Shown here: piece after piece, positions 1-17,250 of the stretch
How positions within the stretch are numbered: the stretch's first letter is position 1
Layout of the letters: every line of letters starts with the position of its first letter
DNA from: the human T2T-CHM13v2.0 reference genome, Homo sapiens
Length of the DNA stretch: 64,000 bases
Direction: 5' to 3' (one strand)
Assembly: GCF_009914755.1 (NCBI RefSeq)
Contig: NC_060938.1
Notes under the pieces: model-generated
Told to the model about the DNA's origin: nothing
Seen by the model: the letters and a program-made list of their open reading frames with translations, nothing else
Databases searched by the model: none
Program-made: the position numbers and the translations under genes

Positions 1-519
1 ATAAGAATGTGGTGGGAATTGCCACCCCTGCCTCCTTGATGATGGCCCTACTCTCTGCAGTCCCTCCAGGAATTAAGTATTGCTTTTGGCTTACTCTTTT
101 CCTAGGTAGAGGCAGTTCTAGTGTCTTCCACTTGGCCTTTCCCACCAGAATAGCCCTTCCTCCACAAGTCAGGGAACCAATGTGGGGATCTGTCAGCTGC
201 TGAGTGTATCCATTTCAATTATGCATTCTGGAACTGGGGAAATAATCACAGGATGTCTTTGGGGATCCACTGGACCCACCGTGAGATGGACCTGGGAAAA
301 AAAATCTTGAGCTGCATTCACATTAGTGATTCATAAACTGATAAGCATGAGAGCCTTTCAGGTTATAAGAAAGGGATACAAGGACGCAAAAGAGGGAATT
401 CAACATAAATGAAGAAGGAACCTAACTCAGCCATGGGGCGAGAAGGTGTCTGTGAACTCACAGTGAGCAAGGCTGTATTTGGGAGATGGAAGTATTTTGA
501 AGTGTTCTTTGAGGTTGAC

Positions 520-945
520 TCTTTAGCTTCCCTTCACATCAACCATGGTAATTCCATTCCCCTTGGGAGGGACTAGCTAAAGAATGGGCATGTATCCAAT
601 TCTGGCTAATGGTACAAAAAGAAGATTCTACAGGAGACTGCTGGTAAAAGCTTCCATGCTTCTGAAAAAACACGAAAGCTTTCTTTTTCTGCGTGTTATT
701 GTGTTTGGTGCAGACGTCGTATTACCACAAAGGGAGCCAGCTGAAGGAAAAAGCCAATGTCCTGCGGAGAGAAAAGCAGAGAAATGGAGGCTGCTTGGCT
801 CCTTGAGGACACCTTGAGCCACTCATCGTACCACACCTGGAACCCACTACTTCTAGACTAACTATTATATGAGATAATACATTTCCTTACATGTTTGAAT
901 CTGTGTTTTCTATTACTTATGGCTAAGGCATCCTAACCAACAGAG
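520..945 (+). mobile_element. Old ERVL-type solo LTR (LTR16-like)
   Basis: GGGCATGTATCCAATTCTGGCTAATG motif and GCATCCTAAC-type 3' end. Confidence 0.5.
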
Positions 946-1108
946 AGTATGGGACAGATTTCCTGCATTAACTGGTAGGAGCTTAGAGCTAAGATTTGGG
1001 TACTAAGGAGGTGTAACTGGTATCTTCACAGGCTGGGGGGACCAGGACAAAGGGGTCATTCATTCTTCTCTGCATGTCAGGGGAGACTCTACAACCCAGC
1101 TGAGGTAG

Positions 1109-1785
<677 letters not shown>

Positions 1786-3946
1786 TCCGTTTTTTAAATC
1801 AAAATGAATCTAACCTTGAGCCCCCAGTCCTGTTCATTGGGCAGATTATTAATCTGTCATTCTGGAAGTGCAATCTCTCCCCTGAAATATTGTGCCTACC
1901 TGGGCAAAAGTGTGGGGGCCTCCCAACCAGTCATCAGCCGGTGATCTGCCCTAAGTTTTCCTTTGATGCCTCACATCCCTTCTGGTTTGTTGATTTTGCT
2001 GTTGCTGAGTCATACATGGGGCCCAGGAAATCTTTGGTGAGACTGGAGACTCAATGCCCAAGGCCTAAAATTTCCCCGAGATCTGGATGTCTCCTGGGGC
2101 TCTGGAAAGGGCTCCATTCTCAGAGTGAGACAGGTTTTCTGTTTTGTTTTGGTTTCTATCTTTCTGGTCTCTGAGCACTCTCCTCTGTCTTTCCTTGTCC
2201 TTCAAGGCTCCCCTCTCCCTGTCCCCCTCCCGCCTATCTCCCTCTGGGTATCTGCATCATCTCATCAGGAGCCAGGACTTTTACCCAAGGCATGAAGATC
2301 TGTTATCTTCAAACAGCTCTGCTTTCTGTCCTGCAAGGATTCGTAAGGCAAGAAAAACCAAAAAAGCTGACTTGTAGTACCTGCTTGGGAAAAGACGGCA
2401 ATGGAAAAACACAGTAAACAAATTAATATCTTAATTATCTTGTCACAGGTGCCTCAGCGGAGCACTGTGACAGAGGAGCACAATAGGAGGGCTGACTCCA
2501 GGCTGAGTGGCAGCGAGCCAGCCAGCCAATGAGAGTGGGACAGGGAGAAAGAAGGTGGGAGCTGAGCAGTGCTGGGGAAGCTTTCTTGCAAACTTGCAAA
2601 ACCTGCCTGGCAGCCTGAGAGCCTTGTGACAGGGATGCCTCTTTCCTATCTCAAGTCCTGAGGTGTCCTTAAACTTAGTTTTTCATTTCCAGAAGCCTTC
2701 TCGCTGTACCTTGTGGTCACACGTGGAGGGCTACGATACCTCCTCATCTCACCAGAGAGTGGGAAGTTTCAAATAAGAACATGCGGGAAAGATCTTTGAG
2801 TTGCTCTGCAGGAAGGAGGCCCTGGCAGCCCACCCCAGCCTCCTCCGTGGAGCTCACCCTCCATTCAGCCCTGGTGGTCCCCTGCAGCTTGTATCTGCCA
2901 CAGCCCTGCAGGTGGCACTGGGACTCCTGGGCTTCTGGACTTGGCTCAGAGGTAAACAAGAACAGCAGATGTTCATGCAGCTTGGATTTAGATAGTATCT
3001 TCCCACCCAGAGCTGAAAAGACCTTTGAAATCATTGAGACCAACTCCCTACTCTTACAGTTAAGGGCCCAGAGGATAAGAGAAGCCAGGAGACTTGGCTA
3101 AGGTGACCTGAAGCTATAAGGAGGGACAACCAAGGCTCCTTATCTCTCTCAGCCCTCCCTTATCACCCTGATCTCTGGGTGCTGCCCCTTGATCCTGGTT
3201 GCCTCATGTGGTGCTTTTGAATGATTTACCTGTCCTTCTTGCCACTTGTGGGGCCAGCACGCCTTGCCCTTCCTGCAGATGCCTGCTGTCTCCTGGATGT
3301 TGGGCTGTCAGATGATTAACCCAAGGACAATGAAGGGTGTGCAGAGTCCCCAGACCTCAGATCTTGAGCTGGGCTCTTGCTCAGTTTTTCATCGGCATCC
3401 CGACAGCATTTGTTAAGGGGAATGGGACTGTGGGTTACTCAGAAGCCCTGGGCATTTTCCAGTTCACAGGCACCTTCTGAGCATGCTCATTTGTGACTTT
3501 CTGACCAAAACATTTCAGCCTGGAGATAATCTTCAAGTAAACAAGTATGGGGTCTTTTGTCTCCCATTGTTTTGATTGGTTTAATAACTAATCAATCATA
3601 TATTCTGAGGCTGCCTTAAAATCCTCAACCATGCTGCAGGTCATTACATGTGTATAGCACTTTATAATTCAGAATACATTATTTCATCAGCTTTATGAGA
3701 TTCTTTGACCATACCCATTTCACAGGTATGAAAACTGTGAGTCAGCAAGGTTAGATGACCTGCCGTTTTAGAAGGAAGAATCAGAGCCACAACTAAGATG
3801 ATAGCCTGGATTCTAGTGCAGTGATCTTGTCCCTGGCCCTCCACTAGGTACAGGCTGGCTACATGGTCTTCAGTGGAGTGGGGCAGTGGAGATAGTGAGG
3901 GGAGCTGCCCACCATGGAAAAAGTGCTGATAAAACACTTGGGACTT

Positions 3947-4230
3947 GGCTGGGCGCGGTGGCTCACGCCTGTAATCCCAGCACTTTGGGAAGCCAAGGCA
4001 GGCCGATCATGAGGTCAGCAGATCAAGACCATCCTGGTCAACATAGTGAAAACCTGTCTCTACTAAAATACGAAAAAAAATAAGCCAGGCATGGTGGCAT
4101 GCGCCTGTAGTCCCAAAGGCAGGGGAGTCACTTGAACCGGGAGGCGGAGATTGCAGTGAGCTGAGATTGCACCACTGCACTCTAGCCTGGCGACAGAGCG
4201 AGACTCCATCTCAAAAAAAGAAAAAAAAAA
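3947..4230 (+). mobile_element. AluS
   Basis: Alu consensus; TSD AAAAYACTTGGGACTT. Confidence 0.93.
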
Positions 4231-4798
4231 ATACTTGGGACTTCGGAGACAGACTGGGATATGATCTAGTTGAAAAGTACCAAAGTTACCCCAAAAGCAG
4301 CTCTGTTTACTTCGTGATCCCCACCTCCAAGTTTCTCATCCTTGACCTTGTTCCTGGTCGCTCCTTTGACTCCATGATTTGGACTCTCAGCCCAAACCAG
4401 GTTTTACTCCAGTCCATCCAGATTCCATCCCCACGCCCATCTCAGATTGTCAGTTCCAGTTTCCTTCCAGACCCCAGGGCTTGCAGCTGCCCCTACTGGC
4501 CTCACTGTTGCCAGTGAGGGGCACGCCTGACTAGCTGCTGACCGAGCACTAGTGACCCTATTTAATTACTCTCTCGTGTTCAAGCATCTAAGAGCAGTTG
4601 TGAGAGAGCCAAGTGCAAGAGGCACCAAGCGATCTCCACCCAGAGGCAAGTCCCCCAACTGCAAAAGGGCCTGTGGAAGCTAAAGCGTCAAAGTTCAGGA
4701 TGATTACGGTCAGAAAAGTCTAGGCCAAGGGCCTGTGGCCAGAGGTGTATCACCTCCTGACCTCTGATGACTCCTTATGCAAGTTCGCCCTTCCATCA

Positions 4799-5175
<377 letters not shown>

Positions 5176-5222
5176 TAAAGTTACAAATGCCTTTGCCCCC
5201 ACCTAGACTTGCCGAAATAGAT

Positions 5223-6129
<907 letters not shown>

Positions 6130-6274
6130 AGGTTAGGACCAAATGTTCTTGCCCACACCTAGACTTGCTGAATCAGACACTTCAGGTTAGAACCAAAGAC
6201 TGCATTTGTAACAAACAGCTTAGAGCATTCTGATGCAGATAGCCTATAGAGCAGACTGTAAGAAACATCAGTGT

Positions 6275-6430
6275 GTTTCCACTTAATATGTGAGTTTGGG
6301 CAAGGCTCTTACCCTCTGTAAAATAGGGAAAGAGTAGTTGTGAGGATTAAATGGAAAGATGGGAAGCAAAGTACTTAGCACAATGTCTTATATATGGTAA
6401 GCACTCAAAAAGGTTAACTGTTATTGCTAT
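6275..6430 (+). mobile_element. MIR fragment
   Basis: GTTGTGAGGATTAAATG..CTTAGCACA core. Confidence 0.7.
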
Positions 6431-6437
6431 TATGATT

Positions 6438-6740
6438 ATTTTATTTTATTTTACTTTTTTGAGATAGAGTCACTCTGTCACTCAGGCTGGAGTGCAGTGG
6501 TAGGATTTTGGGTCACTGCAACCTCCTCCTCCCAGGTTCAAGTGATTCTCCTGACTCAGACTCCTGAGTAGCTGGGATTACAGGAACCAGCCACCACACC
6601 CAGCTAATTGTTGTATTTTTAGTAGAGATGGGGTTTCACCATGTTGCCCAGGCTGGTCTTGAACTCCTGGCCTCAAGTGATCTGCCTGCCTTGGCCTCCC
6701 AAAGTGCTGGGATTACAGGCATGAGCCACTGCACCCAGAC
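6438..6740 (-). mobile_element. Alu
   Basis: Antisense Alu; TSD TATTRTGATT. Confidence 0.92.
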
Positions 6741-7884
6741 TATTGTGATTGTTTTGTCTCACTATTCAGCTAAACTCCCTGGTACTACTGCCTGCTTCAA
6801 ATTTCTCCCTATTCCGAGAGGATTTTCTATTAGTCCTCCTCTTCTTCAATTCTATTCTTTCTGATCCCATCAAATGAATTTATTATCACTTACTCCCAAG
6901 CATAAACCAAAATGCAAGACTGCCAGCCCTCTCCTTTCCAGCCACAGATAGTCACAGACACACAGATGCATGCACGCGCCCACACACACACACACACACA
7001 CAAAACATGTGCTCCAGCTCTGCACATTCCCTCCTGCAAATTCTGATTGTCAAGGTGCTGAGGGTGTGGACAGAAGTTGTCTTTGGGTGGGTGAGATTGT
7101 AGGTGGGGATTTTTTTATTTCCTTTCTTTGCTTGTCTGTATTTTCTGGTTTGTTTGTCATGGGTGTGTTTGCATTTGTACCAAGAAAAGTTATTTTTAAT
7201 TTTTGTAAATTCTAGTTGTTGCCATGTCTAGAAACTCTCCCTGAAGGGTGCTACTGCATTCTGAGCACTCCTTTTAACTTCATGCCCCCTCATCCTCTCT
7301 TCTCTGTGCTCTTTGCTATTATACATTTACATTCACTAGTGAGTTGCTCTGTAGATGGTCTTAAAGGGGTTGAGCAACCTTGAGCAGACAGGCGGCACCT
7401 TGAGGGTAGAGGCTGTGTCCTCTCTTCTGTGCAAACAGCTTGCACATTTCTTAGCTAACTTCAGCTCTCTACCCTCCTGTCCTTACCACTGAGCCCAGGT
7501 GACTGTGAGAAATTGAAGGTGCTTGGTTAGAACAGGGCTTAGTTCTACTCAGCTGAATTTTCTATTATTTTCATTTTAAAATTTCTGACACTTGGGGTAG
7601 CAGTCTTGAGTGCACTAGACACATAGGCACAGTCTCTGGAGAACTCCGAACAATACACAGGGCAGGTTTATGCGGGGATTGACAGTGTCATGGGGCTTGG
7701 GGGTAGTGTCTTAGCCTGGTTGTGAATTTAACCCAGATCTTGCAAAATCTCCAGACATCCTTTTTTCTCACTTTTTTTTTTTTTTTTCAAGGCCCTCATG
7801 GCTCTGGGAGCTTTGGTCAAGGCTAAGACTCATTCCCTCTCCAGTGTATATTTAAGAACCAAACATGATTAAAAACAGATGTGA

Positions 7885-8105
7885 TTAAGAATGTGAGCTT
7901 GAGATTAAACAGACCTAGGTTTAAATCCTAGCTCTGATCCTCAAGTAACTGTACCAAGTCATTTAACCTCTTCTAGCCTCAGTTTCCTCATCTGGAAAAT
8001 GGAGACAGAAATTGTGTCCACCTAATAGGATAATAGGATTATTGTAAGAATTAAGGAAAACAATGCATGTAAAGCATTTGGTGCTCAGCAACTGGTAATG
8101 ATCAC
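7885..8105 (+). mobile_element. MIR
   Basis: CCTCAGTTTCCTCATCTGGAAAATGG core. Confidence 0.8.
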
Positions 8106-8499
8106 TACCACCAGGATGTTTGGGAGCCGCAAAGATAGAAACCAAAGAGAAACAACACCTCTGACTTGGAAAAAACTTTCCTTCTCAAGGGGAGAAACAA
8201 AGAACCTCTGTGTGACATAGACAAAGTGAGTCCAAGGTAACATACTCACGGACAGGAGAGAGGGGCACACAGTATATCCAAGAGCTGGGAGCTTCCTACC
8301 AAGGGGAAATCTGAGAAATCTTCAGAAAAGAGGTAAGTCTTGGATGGACGTGGAGGGATAAGTGAGAGGAGAGATGACAGGTGGGCTAGAGGCCAGGAGC
8401 TGGCTGCTGGGGCTGTGGATATAGCTGTATAGGCTAGCAGTTAAGAGCTCAAGTGCTGGAGTCATAGGACATGTATTTGAGTCATTGACTGTGGTGTTG

Positions 8500-9148
<649 letters not shown>

Positions 9149-9476
9149 GTTACCCTCCACAAGCCTCACTTTTCTTAATTTTGTAATATACAGAATGGTA
9201 GTTCCTTCCTATTAGGATTTTTATGAGGAGTTAGTAAAATAATGCTTGTAAAGTGCATTTTAAAAATTTAGTAATTACATTTCAGAGACACAGCCAACGT
9301 TACTGCTATTTTTGTATTGTATTTATTATTATAATTCCATACTTGGCCTTGTTTTCCAGAAGAATACTTACACAACCATTCAGGGTCTTTTTCCCCATGT
9401 TTTTGGATACCTGCATTCATTCATCTATTACATAATAATAATAGAATATATATATATATATAAATATATATAATTA

Positions 9477-9766
9477 TTTTTTTTTTTTCTGAGACGAGTC
9501 TCGCTCTGTTGCCCAGGCTGGAGTGCAGTAGCATGATCTCGGCTCACTGCAAGCTCCGCCTCCCGGGTTCACGCCATTCTCCTGCCTCAGCCAAATAGCT
9601 GGGACTACAGGTGCCCGCCACCACACCTGGCTAATTTTTTGTACTTTTAGTAGAGACGGGGTTCCACTGTGTTAGCCAGGATGGTCTTGATCTCCTGACC
9701 TCGTGATCTGCCCACCTTGGCCTCCCAAAGTGCTGGGATTACAGGTGTGAGCCACTGTGCCTGGCC
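9477..9766 (-). mobile_element. AluY-like
   Basis: AAGCTCCGCCTCCCGGGTTCACGCCATT diagnostic; TSD AATAGAAYATATA. Confidence 0.92.
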
Positions 9767-9789
9767 AATAGAACATATATATATTATGT

Positions 9790-10050
9790 AATAATAACAG
9801 CTGACATTTAAATAGTATATTCTATGTGCCAGGCATTGTTCTAAGTACAGGGTATACTGGGTATGTACAAAACTCATTTAATCTTCCCAATATTGCTGTG
9901 AAGTAGGTACTGTTATTATTCATATTTTATAGAGGATAAAATTGAGGTCCAGAGAAGTTAAGCAGCTTGCCCAAGATTACACAGCTAGTAAGTCACAGAA
10001 CTAGAATTTTTGGTCCCAGAGAGTCTGGCTCAGAATCCATGCTCTTAACT
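9790..10050 (-). mobile_element. MIR
   Basis: GAGGATAAAATTGAGG..CTTGCCCAAGATTACACAGCTAGTAAG. Confidence 0.8.
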
Positions 10051-10717
10051 ACTTGGCTATTGAACATGCACACTATTCTCAAAAACTCCGGGAAGAATGG
10101 AAGTACAAAAATATGAATTAAACACTGATCCTACCAGAAGGGAGATAGTAGCCAGGGCGAGTGATAAGACACAGTAAGATCATACCCACCCATAGCGGGT
10201 GATCATGTGGCCTGGAGGCCCACGTGGGCCTCTTGACCTGGCTGAGTTATCCACTGGAATCAGCTTGGGTCATTGGACGAAGTCCTTGTTGGAGCCTGTG
10301 TAAAGTTAGTCAACACACTAACAGTGCATTGCTGGCACCTTTTTGCCACAGGTATCAGCACAGTTGGTGCTCCCTGGCCCACTGGAAGGCTGGATGATAG
10401 AATGTGGCTGGATGAGTATAAACCCTCGCTAGTATTAACTGAAAAAATAACTTGAAGTACAGAGCCTACTGAGTGAGGGTTGAGTCATTGCCTCACTGAG
10501 ACATTGTATCATTCACTGACTGGACACCTGTTTTTTGCCAAGTTATCTTCTCTGTGATGGATGTGACATTGAAAACATGTTTTGTTTTGTTTTTTTCCTC
10601 CTGAGCACACTCTCAAAATCCCTAGGATTATTCCCACTTGCCCCTTCCCAGCTTCAAATGGTTTATGCCTTAGTATAAACATTTAGAAGGTTGGAGCTAA
10701 AAAGGTCCTTGATAGTG

Positions 10718-11396
<679 letters not shown>

Positions 11397-11569
11397 ACCT
11401 TAGAAATAATCAAATCTGGTTATTTTCACCCTGGGTTTCAGTCAAGGGCATCCACCGAGAGTCCTTGGTTACTGCTAGAGGAGGAGGAAGGACAGGCAAG
11501 GTGAGAGCAGGTGAGGCTCTGCCCATTGTCCCTGCCCCTGAGCTAGGCCAGCCTGATGTGTGATTGTCA

Positions 11570-12285
<716 letters not shown>

Positions 12286-12960
12286 TGACTCTAGGCCTCC
12301 CAGAGCCTAATCTACTTCCATATATGAGGGAGCTGACATCATGGCACCCCAGGTGGGAGACAGACTCCTGTAGACCCTGACCTGGGGCTTTTCTGGGCCC
12401 CCAGCCACGGGAGACTCTTTCTCTGCTCCTACCTGATATGTAGTCCTCATCGGAGCTGCGTCCACTGTGCCTTTTTGCCCTGTAGACATGGTGGATTCCC
12501 AACCAAGTCTTGCAGGTAGTTTTCCTCCCCTAATAAAAACCTCTCCTAACACCTCAGAGTGACTGCCTGATTTGCTGAACCCATCTTCCCTGACTGATTT
12601 GAGGTCAAGTAGAAAAATCTTACCCTCACAAACAGGTTTTCAAACCTGTCTCAACTTTTGGTTGCAGAAATCTGCATAAAGCCTTAGGAAAACAAACAAA
12701 CCAAAACAGAATACAGCAGCTATTTTATTTTTCTTTTAATTTTTTTCAATTTTTGTGAATTATTTTATTTCTTCCTTGATGATTTAGAGGGACTATTTCA
12801 AACCAGTACAAATATTTCATACATAATACTGGCCAATTTCTAACCAATTCAGTAATTTGTGGCATACTTGCAGCAAGAAACACATTAAATTTGAATAGTA
12901 AAGACATTACATAATGAATTACCGCACAATTAAAATTTACCTTAAATATTTCTGTGGGAG

Positions 12961-13407
<447 letters not shown>

Positions 13408-13875
13408 TTCTTTGCGGGAGAGGACACCACACTTCTCAATAAAGAGAAACATTTTTATAGTCTAGAGGTCTTTTTTTTTTTTTTAACACCTATTATGCCA
13501 TGAATTCACAGGGAATAGGTTCCAGCAGCTCAGGCTCCTTCCCATTGGTTCTCACAAAGTGTGCTGCTCTGGATGGAGCAGGCTGGTGCTTCAGTTGAAC
13601 CCAGGTACCTTTCTCTTTGGCTTCTTTCTTTTTCTGATCATTTTCCTTTACGTGTTTCAGGAAGCTATTTTGGCTCTTAGAGTGCTGAATGTGCTCAATA
13701 CGCACATTAATTCTCTTGGCAAGAATCCTGCCCTTAACTTGTTTGTTTACAACAATGCCAACGGCGTGCTGGGTAACACTGCAGACTCTTCCAGTTTTGC
13801 CATGATAACACTCGCGGAGCATTCCTTTTTGAACAGTACCCATTCCCTTGATGTCTACGATATCTACGATATCAC

Positions 13876-13886
13876 CTTTCTTTCCT

Positions 13887-13962
<76 letters not shown>

Positions 13963-14124
13963 TCCTGCTTTCTTTCTTTCTTTTCTCTTTCTTTCTTTCT
14001 TTCTTTCCTTCTTTCTTTCTTTCTTTCCTTCTTTCCTTCTTTCTCTTTCTTTCTTTCTTTTTCTTCCTTCCTTCATTCCTTCCTTCCTCTCTCTTTCTTT
14101 CTCTTTCTCTATTTCTCTCTTTCT
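13876..14124. repeat. (TTTC)n/(TTCC)n polypyrimidine microsatellite, ~250 bp
   Basis: Directly visible. Confidence 0.97.
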
Positions 14125-14552
<428 letters not shown>

Positions 14553-15009
14553 TTACTGGAAGATGGCGGTTCTGGCCAAAAGGAAGGAGCTATTTTAATT
14601 TTTATTAGGCAGAGGCAGAAATGGATATCAGGGCCTGCTCAAGGGCACATGGATGTGTTGGCGGGTGTGTGTGTGTCGTGGGGGGGACTGGGTGATGGGG
14701 AAAGTGGAAGCATGGCGAAGTGGAGAGAGAAGAGGATATGGGAGTGAACAGATAAAAAAGAAACATTTAAAGGAATCATTTTGGGGGTTAAAAAAATAAC
14801 TCTAGGTTTGAAGGAGTATACAATTTCCCGAGACTTCATAAAGTCCTGCCAACTTCTTCCCTCTAGCAAAACCTGTTTCCGTGTGTTATCAGTCAGTTGT
14901 GCCTTGTTCTGTAATCTCAATCACACAGCGCCCAGTAAGAACAACAAATGCATTGCACAAACACATCTTTGTGGTAACACCACAATGAAGAATTCTGTAA
15001 GAAACATGG

Positions 15010-15415
15010 AATGAGTTTGCTAGGGCTGCCACAAGAAAATACTACAGACAAGAGGGCCTAAACAACAGAAATGTGTTTGCTCGCAGTTCTGGAGGCTAAA
15101 AGTCCAAGCTCAAAGCGTGGTAAGGTTTGGTTTGTTCTGAGGCCTCTCCTTGGCTTGCAGATGGCCACCTTCTCGCTGGGACCCCACAGGTCTTTCATCC
15201 ATGCCTGCGAACATGTCTGTTGTCTCTCTCTCTGTCCAAATTTCCTCTTCTTATAAGGATACCAATCATTTTGTATTAGGGCCCACTCTAAAGACCTCAT
15301 TTTCACTTAATCATGCCTTTAAAGAACTTATCTCCAAATACAGTTACATTCTAAGGTAATACAGGTTAGGACTTCAACATAGGAATTTTATGGGGACACG
15401 ACTTGGCCCATAACA
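15010..15415 (-). mobile_element. MaLR LTR (MLT1A/B-like)
   Basis: TGCTAGGGCTGCC..CAGTTCTGGAGGCT..CCCATAACA. Confidence 0.75.
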
Positions 15416-15946
15416 AATGTTTAGACACTGTTCATTCTATACTGCATGAATATGACCCCAGTCACACACTTAGATATTAAGGGTATCTCCTCATTGACCC
15501 CGAGAGGTTTTATTATCTACAGAAATTGACTGTCATGCCTTGGGCTGAGAGTTTATCAGATGAAATGCCTTTGAAAGAAAGTATTGATTCCTCCCTTTCT
15601 TGTTAGGCACGAGCCAGGTGAAGCAAGAATTGCAGACCCCAAACTTCCTGTTTTCATCGTGTAGAAAGCTCTACTGCAAATATGGTCAATGTGCCTAAAA
15701 CCAGAAGAGCTTTCTGTAAGAAGTGTGGCAAGCATCAGCCTTACAAAGTGCCCCAGTATAAGGGCAAGGATTCCTCCTATGCCCAGGGGAAGATGCGCTG
15801 TGATCAGAAGCAGAGTGGTTACGGTGGGCAGACAAAACTGATTTTCTGGAAGAAGGCTGAAACTACCCAGATGATTGTGCTAAGGCTGGAATGTAGGGAG
15901 CCTAACTGCAGATCCAAGGGGATGCTAGCCATTCAGAAATGCAAAC

Positions 15947-16233
15947 TTTTTTTTTTTTTAAGACAGGGCCTCACTCTGTTTCTCAGGCTGGAGTGCAATC
16001 ATGGCTCACTGCAGCCTTGACCTCCCTAGCTCAAGCAATCCTCCAACCTCAACCTCTCGAGTAGCTTGGTCTACAGGTACACATCATTATGCTTGGCTAA
16101 CTTTATTTATTTTTTGTAAAGGTAAGGGCTCAATATGTTGCCCATGCTGGCCTTGAATCCCTGGGCTCAAGTGGTCCTCCCACCTCGGCCTCCCAAAGCA
16201 CTGGGATAATAGGTGTGACCCACCACACCTGGC
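15947..16233 (-). mobile_element. AluJ in the RPL36A-family pseudogene
   Basis: CTGCAGCCTTGACCTCC..CTCAAGCAATCCTCC J-type sequence. Confidence 0.9.
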
Positions 16234-16298
16234 TGGGATTTTTTGGTGGTGTTTTTTTCATTTTGAGGAGAAAAGGTTGAAGCTATAGAAAAATTACC

Positions 16299-16392
16299 TG
16301 TTTGTACCCCAAACCTCAGCATCTTGCAATCTACACAGGTAACGAAGCTGCACATGTACCTGAATCTAAAATAAAAGTTGAAAAAGAAAAAA
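16299..16392 (+). mobile_element. 5'-truncated L1 3' end (old L1PA/L1PB type)
   Basis: CTGCACATGTACC..AATAAAAGTTG plus A tail; TSD AGAAAAATYACC 16287-16298 / 16393-16404. Confidence 0.85.
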
Positions 16393-16988
16393 AGAAAAAT
16401 CACCAGTAGGAAAATACAGTGATATTCTTACTTAAAAAAAAAATCCTATGCTGACTTAGAGAATTTTGAAGGTCCCGTTTCTCCTTCAAATTGCCTTTTT
16501 GTCTTGTTTATACAGGAATTAATTTAGATGGGAGGTCCTGAAAGGGTTTGCAATATTTGCAGAAGCTACTAATGCTCTAGAAACAGGTGCAGTGGCTGAG
16601 CATGGGCTGAAAGGAGGTAGCAAGGAGAGATCACTGGTCAAGGTAGAGAGGGTGGGTGAATATCAAACTATCCCTCATCTAAAATGCATTGTGTATTTCC
16701 TCTTGGACTATGTATTTCCTCTTGGACTGTGGCACCCCTTCCTTCACTCTTCCCTAGATCCGTTGGCATTTGTCAGGCATCTAACAAAAATGGGCTTGGC
16801 AACTGCAAATACACAGGTGAGTGATATCATCAACTCCCTGCCTGTGTGGCTTTACAGTTCAGCTGGGTTAGCTACTAAAAAAAATGATTCAAAAAAACAT
16901 AGTCCCTTCCTTCCAAGCAGAGAGGTCCCTAAAGGGTCACAACCAGTAAATCTCTTTCAGTCTCCAGAAAATGACTTAAAAGATTGTA

Positions 16989-17250
16989 GGTTGGGTGTGG
17001 TGGCTTATGCCTGTAATCCCAGCACTTTGGGAGGCTGAAGTGGGAGGATCAGTTGAGTCCAGATGTTTGAGACCAGCCTGGGCAGTAGTGAGACCTCATC
17101 TCTACAGAAAAATTAGCTGGGCCCCCATGGTGGCATGCGCCAAGAGGCTGAGGCAGGAGGATTGTTTGAGCCCAGGAGGCAGAGGTTGCAGTGAGCCGTG
17201 ATTATTCCACTAAACTCCAACCTGGGCAACAGAGTGAGACTCTGTCCCCC
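16989..17250 (+). mobile_element. AluJ lacking an A-tail
   Basis: Alu consensus; TSD AAAAGATTGYAG. Confidence 0.88.

Larger units (their letters stand above)
15590..16443 (+). pseudogene. RPL36AP2: RPL36A/RPL36AL-family processed pseudogene; C-terminus lost at an antisense AluJ; L1 fragment in 3'UTR
   Basis: ATG 15682 [32 protein letters not shown]; 3'UTR ending ATACAGTGATATTCTTAC plus polyA 16434-16443. Family certain; number from memory. Confidence 0.93.
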
